A DNA stretch of 64,000 nucleotides from positions 558,001 to 622,000 of the forward strand of contig NIVC01000013.1 of the NCBI GenBank assembly GCA_002269645.1. Direction: 5' to 3'. Shown here in pieces: positions 25,401 through 37,700 of this stretch (positions are counted from its first letter, which is position 1; the number at the start of each line of letters is the position of its first letter). Under the pieces are notes generated by a model. The model had not been told where the DNA came from, made no database searches, and saw only the letters and a program-made list of their open reading frames with translations. Made by a program: the position numbers and the translations under genes. Source of the DNA: Macrostomum lignano (taxonomy: Eukaryota).

Positions 25401-27647
25401 CAGGATCTCCAAATTGATAACACAGGATCTCCAAATTGATAACACAGGATCTCTAGATTGATAACACAGGATCTCCAAATTGATAACACAGGATCTCCAA
25501 ATTGATAACACAGGATCTCCAAATTGATAACACAGGATCTCTAGATTGATAACACAGGATCTCTAGATTAATAACACAGGATCTCCAAATTGATAACACA
25601 GGATCTCCAAATTGATAACACAGGATCTCTAGATTGATAACACAGGATCTCTAGATTGATAACACAGGATCTCTAGATTGATAACACAGGATCTCTAGAT
25701 TGATAACACAGGATCTCTAGATTGATAACACAGGATCTCTAGATTGATAACACAGGATCTCTAGATTGATAACACAGGATCTCTAGATTGATAACACAGG
25801 ATCTCTAGATTGATAACACAGGATCTCCAAATTGATAACACAGGATCTCCAAATTGATAACACAGGATCTCCAAATTGATAACACAGGATCTCTAGATTG
25901 ATAACACAGGATCTCTAGATTGATAACACAGGATCTCTAGATTGATAACACAGGATCTCCAAATTGATAACACAGGATCTCTAGATTGATAACACAGGAT
26001 CTCCAAATTGATAACACAGGATCTCTAGATTGATAACACAGGATCTCCAAATTGATAACACAGGATCTCCAAATTGATAACACAGGATCTCTAGATTGAT
26101 AACACAGGGTCTCCAAATTGATAACACAGGATCTCTAGATTGATAACACAGGATCTCTAGATTGATAACACAGGATCTCTAGATTGATAACACAGGATCT
26201 CTAGATTGATAACACAGGATCTCTAGATTGATAACACAGGATCTCTAGATTGATAACACAGGATCTCTAGATTGATAACACAGGATCTCTAGATTGATAA
26301 CACAGGATCTCTAGATTAATAACACAGGATCTCTAGATTGATAACACAGGATCTCCAAATTGATAACACAGGATCTCTAGATTGATAACACAGGATCTCT
26401 AGATTGATAACACAGGATCTCCAAATTGATAACACAGGATCTCTAGATTATAACACAGGATCTCTAGATTGATAACACAGGATCTCCAAATTGATAACAC
26501 AGGATCTCTAGATTGATAACACAGGATCTCTAGATTGATAACACAGGATCTCTAGATTGATAACACAGGATCTCTAGATTGATAACACAGGATCTCCAAA
26601 TTGATAACACAGGATCTCTAGATTGATAACACAGGATCTCCAAATTGATAACACAGGATCTCCAAATTGATAACACAGGATCTCTAGATTGATAACACAG
26701 GATCTCCAAATTGATAACACAGGATCTCTAGATTGATAACACAGGATCTCTAGATTGATAACACAGGATCTCTAGATTGATAACAGGGTCTCTAGATTGA
26801 TAACAGGGTCTCTAGATTGATAACACAGGATCTCTAGATTGATAACAGGGTCTCTAAATTGATAACACAGGATCTCTAGATTAATAACAGGATCTTTAGA
26901 TTGATAACACAGGATCTCTAGATTGATAACAGGATCTCTAGAATGATAACAGGATCTCTAGATTGATAACACAGGATCTCTAGATTAATAACAGGGTCTC
27001 CAGAAAGGATTTGAAACAACTAGAAGTTCAGTTGTAAAGAAGGAAGAGTAGAAAGCTTTTTACTTACCTCTGGTACAAGACGATTCAATATCATTTCCAT
27101 ATCAGTTCTAAAAGTTAGAAAATATAAACAAATCAGGCACTATCCAACACCACAAACCAAAAGTACACAATATACTCACTTAACGGATGCATCCCAGGAC
27201 TAAAATTGGAATGATGAGAAATGTACTTTAATAAACATTGACGTGTTATAGATTTTCAGTTTTCAGGAACCTTAGGCCACCAAAAGTGCATTTGGCCCCT
27301 ATCTTTAAGCGTAAAAAAGATTGATTGACTTACTTCGTTCAAGCACAAACTTGCAGAGGTATGCTGAACTGAAAGTACAGCGTGAAAGTTGATAATGACA
27401 GGTCATGAAATGCTTGAAATACTTTAGTATATTGAAATAGTTTCAATATTATGAGAGCGATCAACTCACGCAACAAGTTAACGGTTCCAATTTTGATTTT
27501 AGCAATCTCTGGTACAGACTTGATTAGATCCGTGATGTAGTGACAGCCTCGAGATTTGCCTGACACCTTCAGCACCGTCTGGTACCAGACTGTAGCACCG
27601 CTGACTGCGGCGGAGGCTTTCGATGAGTTTGACAGAAATAGTGCCGT
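19419..27647 (-). CDS. yjbQ: YjbQ/UPF0047 (secondary thiamine-phosphate synthase family) protein
   Basis: Exons ~27647-27470, 27368-27334, 27199-27180 (20 nt), 27107-27068, 20229-20070 and 19462-19419 splice in phase to ...VWYQTVLKVSGKSRGCHYITD...NLLLQHTSASLCLNESWDASVKTDMEMILNRLVPEDQRYQHSCEGPDDMPAHAKAAILGCSLTIPISNGQMCLGTWQGIWLCEHRNHKSSRNIVVTVNGVEK*. HTSASL-NE, H-EG-DD-PAH and GTWQ motifs present. Start not resolved (no ATG nearby). Confidence 0.85.
19555..19965. repeat. 23-bp minisatellite (AATCCCAAAACTCAAAGATCCCC)n in the last yjbQ intron
   Basis: Direct reading; same family as 10910-11215. Confidence 0.93.
20258..27005. repeat. 6.7-kb 22-bp satellite (GGATCTC[TAG/CAA]ATTGATAACACA)n inside a yjbQ intron
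   Basis: About 300 monomers of two main variants; 20-bp variants at both edges. Confidence 0.98.
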
Positions 27648-27754
27648 CTTGCTTTAGAGTTGCTTGTATTATCTTTTAAACTTGGCGTTCTTAATTTTTA
27701 ATATCGCTTTAATGTTTTAGTTTTTGTATAAAACACAGGGTCTCTGGGGGAAGT

Positions 27755-28510
27755 GGACTGTCAGGAGAGACTGAGAAATGTCAGGAAAGGCTTAAAGATG
27801 CGGGAAAGGCTTAGAAATGTCAGGAAAGGCTTAGAGACGTCAGGAGAGGCTCAGAGATGTCAGGAGAGGCTCAGAGATGTCAGGAGAGACTTAGAGATGT
27901 CAGGAGAGGCTCAGAGATGTCAGGAGAGACTTAGAGATGTCAGGAGAGGCTCAGAGATGTCAGGAGAGACTTAGAGATGTCAGGAGAGGCTTAGAGATGT
28001 CAGGAGAGACTTAGAGATGTCAGGAGAGGCTCAGAGATGTCAAGAGGAACTGAGAAACGTCAGGAGAGACTTAGAAATGTCAGGAAAGGCTGAGAAATGT
28101 CAGGAGAGGCTTAGAGATATCAGGAGAGGCTTAGAGATGTCAGGAAAGGCTTAGATATGTCAGGAGAGGCTTAGAGATGTCAGAAATGCTTAGAGGTGTC
28201 AAGAGAGGCTGAGAAACGTCAGGACAGATTTAAAAATGTCAGGAAAGGCTTAGAGGTGTCAGGAGAGGCTTAGAAATGTCAGGAAAGGCTGAGAACTGTC
28301 AGGAGAGGCTTAGAGATATCAGGAGAGGCTTAGAGATGTCAGGAAAGGCTTAGAAATGTCAGGAGAGGCTTAGAGATGTCAGAAATGCTTAGAGGTGTCA
28401 AGAGAGGCTGAGAAATGTCAGGAAAGGCTGAGAACTGTCAGGAGAGGCTTATAGATAACAGGAGAGTTCTAGAGATGTCAAGAAAATCTTAGAGATGTCA
28501 GGAGAGGCTT
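27755..28510. repeat. 20-bp minisatellite (TCAGGAGAGGCTTAGAGATG)n
   Basis: Direct reading. Confidence 0.93.
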
Positions 28511-29732
28511 GTAATGTTACTTAAATAACGCTGTAAACTGTCTTTGCGACAAAAATTATTTAATTCGAAAAAACAGGAAACTCACAATCTCACAATATGA
28601 CAACATTTATGATGATTTGGCCACACGCGATGAACTGCGCATGGCGGTGCTCCGATAATATACATCAGTAGCAGTAGCATATATATTTCAACCACATATC
28701 AATATTACAAGTAGACAAAGCTTTATTTCAAGCAGTTGAAGCAAAAATAGGGATTATACTTGTACTATTAATTTTCTGAAACACTCACGAGGCTCAAATT
28801 AATTTAATATCTTTAATGACCCAAGCGAACTAACCAAACACCGGATACTGTATGTTTTACATTCTCTGGAAGGCATATCGTATAATAATTGTACATTATT
28901 AAGATGGACCCTAAACTGCAGAAGACAATACGTCTCGTGCTGTTCATTAAGCGCCCAAAACCGAAGAAGGAAGGTTGCATAACAAATATAACAAAATACA
29001 CGGCAAAATAATCATGCATGGGGAAAGAGCGGAGAGACAGAGGGACATTTTGAAAGCTGAAAGAAACTCAATTAAAATCAACCATTTAAAGCTGGATAAA
29101 ACAAATATTTGATTTGAAACACATACTACTCAATATCGATTTTTATCGAGTAGTTAATAGGTATTTTTATAGCAAAATATATGCACCGAGTTTTGGCATT
29201 GAAGAGTCAACTGAATACGCATCCAGCATCAGGGAGAGGGGAGAGAGAGAAGATGGGGAGGAGAGGAGAGAGAGGAGAGATGCCCCCGCACACCTCCACC
29301 CAGTGGAAGTAGCTACAGTACTGGGTTGCTATCACCGATATGTATCGTTAATAAGTTTATACACTCCGGAGTGAAAATTGGACTTTTTAGACTTGACAAC
29401 AAAGGCTGGGGGACAATGAAATAATTAAAGATACAACAGAAAGCACGAAAAAAAATTAATTTAACCGTAAAAGCCTCAAAGTCATGCAGCAGAGAAGGCA
29501 CAGATACTAGAATGTTTAAATATGGTACTAGCGAAAGATGCGTTTATATACTCCGTTTTCAGTAGCATAACTAGAATTTTTGTGTTTTTTTTAAACTTGG
29601 ACTTTCTATAACCAGACTCATGCAACTTGGCATACTTCAGCAGTGTTTTCCTATTCAATTGTGTAAACTGAGCAAAAGTATTTATTCTAGTATCTGTGCA
29701 GAAAATAAACAAAGTAACAATATACATGTAGG

Positions 29733-32700
29733 TCACAGATCTGGTTGACTCGAATCGGTTGGCCGCAGAGCCACAACGGTGCCAGCGGCGACTGTAACGC
29801 CCCGGTCTCTGAGCATGAACTTGCCTAACTCTCTGCTATTAGTATAGACGTCGAGGCATAGCGGCCGGTCCAATTGTAGTTCAACTTCGGCGCAGCAATT
29901 GCTGAGTATGTAGCGCGGATGCCGGCGCTCCAGCTGACCAGTGGATTTGTTAATCTGGGCTAGTAGGCGGATTATCGTGACCGGGACTGACACGGCTTGC
30001 TGGTGGAATATTGCTTGGTAGCCCTGGATAGAAAATAGTCGGTAAAGTAATTATAAACTATAAATCACCGCTTTGTAGAAATATGTGATTTCCCGACCTT
30101 CCCGGAGGGTAGTGGAGTTGAAAACGAATCTACTATACTAAATCAAAATCAAGCAGAAACATTTGATTTCTCAGCCGCTCCGGAGGGGGGGTTGGAATCT
30201 AGTCCACTATACTAAATCTTATCAATTCAGAAATACGTGATTTGCCAACCTCCCCGGAGGGGGGTTGGAATCTAGTCCACTATACTAAATCTTATCAATT
30301 CAGAAATACGTGATTTGCCAACCTCCCCGGAGGGGGGTTGGAATCTAGTCCACTATACTAAATCTTATCAATGCAGAAATACGTGATTTGCCAACCTCCC
30401 CGGAGGGGGGTTGGAATCTAGTCCACTATACTAAATCTTATCAATTCAGAAATACGTGATTTGCCAACCTCCCCGGAGGGGGGTTGGAATCTAGTCCACT
30501 ATACTAAATCTTATCAATTCAGAAATACGTGATTTGCCAACCTCCCCGGAGGGGGGTTGGAATCTAGTCCAGAATACTAAAATATGAAGAGAATACATTT
30601 TTCTTCTGTGAAAATCATCAAAATTGTTATTAAAAGTCATCAAAATTGTCTTTAATAAGATTCTACTATTTATCGACTTACTTTATGTCTGAAGCTTTTG
30701 TTAACCATGTATATTAAAACCTGTAAACATGTATATTAGTATAATGTATATTATATTAAGATAAGAAAACAAAGAAAAATTCACCTTAGTAACCGGCTGG
30801 CTAACATTTATCAGAAGCAGTTTAGCTCTCAGCCGATTAGTACACGGACAGGGCATGGTCACGGAGGACAGCACCGACCCGGGCCCGAAGTGAGCCGGAT
30901 CGACGCCACCCCGGAAACGCTGATAGTGCCGGAATCGCCGGCAAAGATGGCCGGACCAGCAGCCGCGGAAGCATCCTGACCGCTAGATGTCACAGCTTTA
31001 ACTGTTATCCGTTGATTAGCAGGCAATAACAATAATTTATGACCTGGAGCCGCGTAGCCCGACAGTGCGTTGCCGAAGCAGGTCACCGCGCCGGAGCCGC
31101 CGGTGCCGCGACCGCCGGTGGATACCTCCGAGATGTAGAAGCGTAGCGGCTTGTCCACCGATCGGGGTGGCGGAGTTAAACGATCGATCAGGTCAACCAG
31201 TGTTGGTCCTGATGCGTACCTTTTGGGGTGGCGATTAGAAATTATGGGAAGTATTAATCATATTTGTTAATCATATCAACATAGCTTGTTCAGATTATTA
31301 TTTGTCTCCAGTGCAATATGTGATTTGACTAGAAACCAGACTACTTACTGAATCTACTGGCTCAACTTACCAAATAGATTATTCAATGAGTATATACTAA
31401 CTGAACTGAATCTATAAACCGGATTAACGAATACAAAACCCTGGCTACCGAATCTACAAATCAGGCTACCGAAACTACCAAGCGACTCACCAGGGACACA
31501 GTTCAGCTGACAAGGGCTTATTGAGATTGGCCCCCTCCAGGCCAGACACGGGACAATAGCTAACGCAGTCCGGCTTAAACCCAACGGATTTCAAATAGAC
31601 GCCAAGTTTGTCGCGAATTTCAGCGAATCGAGTCTCGGACCATTTGGCCGTGTCCATCTTGTTGATGGCCACCACCAGCTGGCCGATGCCCAGACCCCTG
31701 GCTAGCAGGGCATGCTCTCGGGTCTGGCCGCCCTGGTCGAAGCCGCTTTCAAATTCGCCTCTGGTGGCGTTGATCACCAGCAGGGCGGCGTCCGCGGCCA
31801 TGGCGCCGCTGATCATGTTCGGTATGAAGTCCTTGTGACCGGGGCAATCTAGAAGATTCACTAGCCGGTGAGGCGTGCTCAGCTGACTACGAGCGACGTC
31901 CATTGTGACGCCGCGTTGGCGCTCCTCTTCGCTTTCGTCTAGGACCCAGGCGAATTGGAAGCTGGGCTTGCCGGCTTTGCGGCACTCCTTTGTAATTGGC
32001 AAGGGGAAGGCGATACTAAGAGTGAGGATAATAGGGATCCAAGTGGCTCGCCCAGCAACTTGAGGATCTGGAAGGCTGGCCCAACAACTGACACTCTCTG
32101 GGAGGCTGGCCCAGCAACTGACACTCTAGGGGGGGGAGCAGCTGAGGATCTGGGAGGCTGACCCAACAACTGACACTCTGGGAGGCTGGCCCAGCAGCTG
32201 AGGATCTGGGAGGCTGACCCAACAACTGACACTCTGGGAGGCTGGCCCAGCAGCTGAGGATCTGGGAGGCTGACCCAACAACTGACACTCTAGGGGGGGG
32301 GGGGGGCAGCAGCTGAGGATCTGGGAGGCTGACCCAACAACTGACACTCTGGGAGGCTGGCCCAGCAACTGAGGATCTGGGAGGCTGGCCCAGCAGCTGA
32401 GGATCTGGGAGGCTGGCCCAGCAACTGAGGATCTGGAAGGCTGACCCAACAACTGACACTCTGGGAGGCTGGCCCAGCAGCTGAGGATCTGGGAGGCTGA
32501 CCCAACAACTGACACTCTGGGAGGCTGGCCCAGCAACTGACACTCTGGGAGGCTGGCCCAGCAGCTGAGGATCTGGGAGGCTGACCCAACAACTGAGGAT
32601 CTGGGAGGCTGGCCCAGCAGCTGAGGATCTGGGAGGCTGGCCCAGCAACTGAGGATCTGGGAGGCTGGCCCAGCAACTGAGGATCTGGGAGGCTGGCCCA

Positions 32701-33597
32701 GCAGCTGAGGATCTGGGAGGCGGGCCCAGCAACTGAGGATCTGGGAGGCTGGCCCAGCAACTGAAGATCTAGGAGGCTGGCCCAGCAACTGACGATCTGG
32801 GAGGCTGGCCCAGCAACTGAGGATCTGGTAGACTGACCCAGCAACTGAGGATCTGGGAGTTCAGGAAGTTTCAGCCAGGAACTCAAGACAGAAATTCTAA
32901 CCACAAACTTTACATATCAAGCTTTAATACAACAGCTAGCAGTAAGTACGAGTACAATTGTCAGCCTCACCTGTTCATACCGGTGAATAACTTTCTGACT
33001 AACTGCGCCCAGCAGATACAACAAGTGGCCAATTAGCGTACTTTTACCGGCGTCCACGTGACCAATAATCACTAAATTAATCATGGCCCGGTCGCCCAAG
33101 CCAGCGCAATACCGTTTGTAGGCCTCCGTCGCCGAAGCTTCGGTCGAATCGCCGCCAGCAGAGTCAGGATCGGCGCCGTTTTTTCTAGGCGGCGCCGGGC
33201 TGGCGCTACGGGAGTTGCTGGCGCTACTAGCGGCCTGCTGCTGCTGCTGCTGTTTAGTCGAGAGTAGCCGAGGCGAAGGCGAAGGGACGGATGGCGAGAC
33301 GGCTACGGCGCCGGCAAAACCAACTTTGACGCTGTGCGCCGGTCCAGCCGTAGCCACGTGAAGGCGCGCCATTTGCGGCGCCGGCGCCGATTGGGGTGGC
33401 TCCTCTTTGACGTCAGGCAGAGGAGGCTGGGTGATCCGGCCGCCCGTGTCCTTGTCCCGGACAAACAGGTAAGCGCTGGCGGTGGCCGGCGACACGCCGA
33501 AGGCCGGCTCGTCTTCGAACGAGTGGCCGAACGATTCGTCTACGTCGTAGTCTTCGTCGTCGTTTAAAGCGATGTTTTTCACTCGACGACGGGACAT
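29733..33597 (-). CDS. HBS1L: HBS1-like translational GTPase (eEF1A/eRF3 family), 4 exons
   Basis: Exons 33597-32971, 31987-31491, 31219-30785, 30023-29733. HBS1-type N-terminus [17 protein letters not shown]; G1 GHVDAGKST; [18 protein letters not shown]; DCPGH; NKMD; C-terminal [17 protein letters not shown]. One -1 frameshift at the C run 30909-30912. Confidence 0.88.
30090..30575. repeat. 73-bp tandem repeat (about 6 copies) containing an imperfect inverted repeat
   Basis: TTTGCCAACC recurs at 30241 and 30314; each unit contains CCAACCTCCCCGGAGGGGGGTTGG. Confidence 0.92.
32050..32860. repeat. 28-bp minisatellite (GAGGATCTGGGAGGCTGGCCCAGCAACT)n in HBS1L intron 1
   Basis: Direct reading; related to 48620-49256. 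Confidence 0.93.
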
Positions 33598-33699
33598 GAT
33601 GAGGCTGGCGAGGCTGAGGCTGGAAGCTGGGAATAGAGCATAGTCGATGGGGTGGCTCAGAGAGACTAAAAAACGGTAGGGAAGGATGAGACTAGAGTA

Positions 33700-34272
33700 C
33701 AAAAGGGTGAGACTAGATCAGAGAACAGGATGGTGAGACTAGAGAACACGATGGTGAGACTAGAGAACAGAAGGGTGAGACCAGAGTACAGGAGGGTGAG
33801 AACAGAGAACAGGACGGAGAAACTAGAGTATAGGAGGGTGAGACTAGAGTACAGGATGGTGAGAACAGAGAACAGGAGGGTGAGACTAGAGTACAGGATG
33901 GTGAGAACAGAGAACAGGAGGGTGAGACTAGAGAACAGGATGGAGGAACTAGAGAACAGAAGGGTGAGACCAGAGTACAGGAGGGTGAGAACAGAGAACA
34001 GGACGGAGAGACTAGAGTATAGGAGGGTGAGACTAGAGTACAGGAGGGTGAGACTAGAGTACAGGAGAGTGAGAACAGAGAACAGGAGGGTGAGACTAGA
34101 GAACAGGAGGGTGAGACTAGAGAACAGAAAGGTGAGACTAGAGAACAGAAAGGTGAGACTAGAGAACAGAAAGGTGAGACTAGAGAACAGAAAGGTGAGA
34201 CTAGAGAACAGAAAGGTGAGACTAGAGTACAGGAGGGTGAGACTAGAGAACAGAAAGGTGAGACTAGAGAAC
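33700..34272. repeat. 21-bp minisatellite (GAGACTAGAGAACAGGAGGGT)n between PAK1IP1-like and HBS1L
   Basis: Direct reading. Confidence 0.93.
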
Positions 34273-34499
34273 AGGTGCGCAGGATTAAAAACACTACAAA
34301 GAGAACAATAACCAGAAATAAGATAAATATGCGCAACAGGCGCATTGGTTCCTGGAGTACTGAATCAAAGGTGGCATGACCCAGCCTAATAATACATTTT
34401 ATTTGTCATTCACAATCGGTCGCTTTTGGGAGAAACAATGATCAGGGGTTTTCAAAGCTACTTATTATCGAGCCGTGCCAGAAAAGGTGGGATCATCGG

Positions 34500-34700
34500 A
34501 ATTAGACAGGGTTTCTAAGAATCGGTAGTTTATACCGAGTTTCTAAGAATCAGGATTGGACAATGGCAATTTCTAAGGATCGAGATTAGACAGGGTTTCT
34601 AAGAATCGGTAGTTTATACCCAGTTTCTAAGAATCAGGATAGGACAATGGCAGTTTCTAAGAATCGAGATTAGACAGGGTTTCTAAGAATTGGAATTAGA
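34500..34700. repeat. 84-bp (4x21) tandem repeat with TTTCTAAGAATC core
   Basis: ATTAGACAGGGTTTCTAAGAAT at 34501, 34585 and 34669. Confidence 0.85.
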
Positions 34701-34776
34701 CCGAGACTTAATGTTTTGGATCGCGGGGACTTCAAGATTTAGGACTATAAAGGAAAAAGTATGTCTTCTTGTTAAG

Positions 34777-37700
34777 TTAAGCTGCCTTCTTGGCCGACTT
34801 CCGTCTCAGCTTAGCGGGAGGCGGCGATTCAGATTCCTCGCTGCTGGCCACATCTTCCGGTTCGTCCACTTTGGCCGAGGCACTCGCAGCTTCCGGCTGT
34901 TCAGTTGGTTCGACATCACCATCCGACGAAGGCGGTAGCCAAACAATGCAACGGGTTGGCCGACAATTCGATTGCAAATCCAGACGGTGCAACAGGTTCA
35001 GAGTGCCGGCCTTCTGGTTCAGACTGGCCAGCACTATGCAGTTGGCGTCTCTGCAATTTAGTTATTATTATATAGATTTAGATTAGTAGCATTGATAATT
35101 CGATGATTTTCCTTGTATTGCTACTGTCAGTAGTTCAGTTTGGATATAATTAAGTTAAACTTTTTATACTTTTAAAATACAGTATAAAACAGAGATTTCT
35201 TTGCTTTTTAGTTGCAAAACTGCAAAGCCTAAATTTCAATTTTCACTACATTGAAATGGTTCGTCTTTTTAGGTAGGTATTTATCTATGTGGATTTAAAA
35301 TTAGATTGAAAACCAATAGTCATTAAAGAAAAACAGATGAAAAGTTACTTTTTAGCTTTTGAAATCCTAATTAGTTTAGTTTAAACTAAAACAGCTGCCT
35401 TTAGTTCCTAAAAACCTAAACTAAAACAGCTACTTTTTTAGTTCCTAAAAACCTAAACTAAAACAGCTACTTCTAGTCCCTAGTTTTTAATTTTTAGGTA
35501 CTACAAAACCAAAACCGAAACCCGCAGCTAGCTTTGCCAGATATGCAAAAAAAACAATTTAAAAACTTCTTCCCCATCATTAAACCTACCTGCCAGTACA
35601 CACGGCAGCAAGCATTTGCCGGTTTTTCTGACCCTGACCAGCTGCGTCCAACCAAGCGGTCGCGTCCTTGACTCGACCGACCGCATCCTTGAGCAGGTTG
35701 CCGTCAGCAATGCATTCTCCGCTAGTAGCTCTCAAGCAAGTCAGCACACCGTCTGAGCGACCAACAAGCATCGCGGTTTTACTCTTAAACGAAGGCCAAT
35801 CATCTGATGATAAAAATGAATCGTCGCTAATCCTAGCACAGGTGACGGCAACTCCAACAGAGCTGCTGATTTTATTGATTTCCCAGCTGTGTTGGCACTC
35901 GCAGGTGTCGATGTTGTGCCAGTCAATTGAGTCGCTGTACACCAGAGCGAACACAGTTGAACTGCACCATAGAATCGAGTCCGGCTGACGCTTCAGCTTC
36001 AGGGCGTAGCTAAGGGGGTTGAGCATGATATTGTACAGTGAGCTGCTGTTGAAAGGCTATGACAAGTTGCTGTGGCACTGAGCTTGTCAGGGGCTGCTAC
36101 CCCCTCCTCTACCCCCAGGGTTTCTCAATTATGGCTGCTACCCCCACCTCTACCCCCAGGGTTCCTCAATTGTGGCTGCTACCCCCTCCTCTACCCCCAG
36201 GGTTTCTCAATTATGGCTGCTACCCCCACCTCTACCCCCAGGGTTTCTCAATTATGGCTGCTAGCCCCACCTCTACCCCCAGGGTTCCTCAATTGTGGCT
36301 CCTACCCCCTCCTCTACCCCCAGGGGTACCTCAATTGTGGCTGCTACCCCCTCCTCTACCCCCAGGGTTCCTCAATTATGGCTGCTACTCCTTTCTTTAC
36401 CCCCAGGGTTTCTCAATTATGGCTGCTACTCCCTTCTTTACCCCCAGGGTTTCTCAATTATGGCTGCTACTCCCTCCTCTACCCCCAGGGTTCCTCAATT
36501 ATGGCTGCTACTCCTTTCTTTACCCCCAGGGTTTCTTAATTATGGCTGCTACCCCTCCTCTACCCCCAGGGTTCCTCAATTATGGCTGCTACTCCCTCCT
36601 CTACCCCCAGGGTTCCTCAATTATGGCTGCTACTCCTTTCTTTACCCCCAGGGTTTCTTAATTATGGCTGCTACCCCTCCTCTACCCCCAGGGTTCCTCA
36701 ATTATGGCTGCTACTCCTTTCTTTACCCCCAGGGTTTCTCAATTATGGCTGCTACCCCTCCTCTACCCCCAGGGTTCCTCAATTATGGCTGCTACCCCTC
36801 CTCTACCCCCAGGGTTACTCAATTATGGCTGCTACCCCTCCTCTACCCCCAGGGTTTCTCAATTATGGCTGCTACCCCTCCTCTACCCCCAGGGTTCCTC
36901 AATTATGGCTGCTACTCCTTTCTTTACCCCCAGGGTTTCTCAATTATGGCTGCTACCCCTCCTCTACCCCCAGGGTTTCTCAATTATGGCTGCTACCCCT
37001 CCTCTACCCCCAGGGTTTCTCAATTATGACTGCTACTTCCTCCTCTACCCCAGGGTTTCTCAATTATGACTGCTACTTCCTCCTCTACCCCAGGGTTTCT
37101 CAATTATGACTGCTACTTCCTCCTCTACCCCAGGGTTTCTCAATTAAATGATTGAGTGATTTTAATAAACGTGTCATACTCTATTGTTTTACATTTCCTA
37201 TATAAACCTAAATGTAATAAAAGTGTTTTCTATAGAATGAAGAACACATATGCCAGATAAAACGAATGAATTTTAACCCTGGGTCATCAAGCTTGCGATA
37301 AACAGGAGAGCCAAGAAGATCAGAGCCCATTAGAACAGTTACAAGCTGTGTAAACATAGATAGAAAACCCATGTTATAGAATATAGCTAGCTACTATCAG
37401 AAATGCACCTGTTTATAAATTGCAGCATCAAATTAAGATGAAACAAACTGCAAGTTCCAGTGCTAATAAAAATGTTCACTTATAATATACAGCAAACCAA
37501 ACGTCAGACCCTAGCGTCAATTTACTTTAAACTATAAAAATCTATTTTCTCACTCAACTTATCTACTAGATTCTTAGAACAGGTCAATTACGATTCTTAG
37601 AACAGGTAAAAGGCGATTCTTAGAACAGATCAAGGACGATTCTTAGAACAGGTAAAAGGCGATTCTTAGAACAGGTCAATGACGATTCTTAGAACAGGTA

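Noticed and set aside
20258-27005. CRISPR-like array
   Set aside because: Monomers are contiguous with no unique spacers, there are no cas genes and the context is a eukaryotic intron.
28813-29019. 68-aa hydrophobic ORF between HBS1L and yjbQ
   Set aside because: No recognisable motif or convincing splice context; AT-rich sequence readily gives such ORFs.
32016-37109. Pro/Gln-rich and Pro/Tyr-rich ORFs ([28 protein letters not shown])
   Set aside because: They coincide exactly with the 28-, 21- and 41-bp minisatellites.
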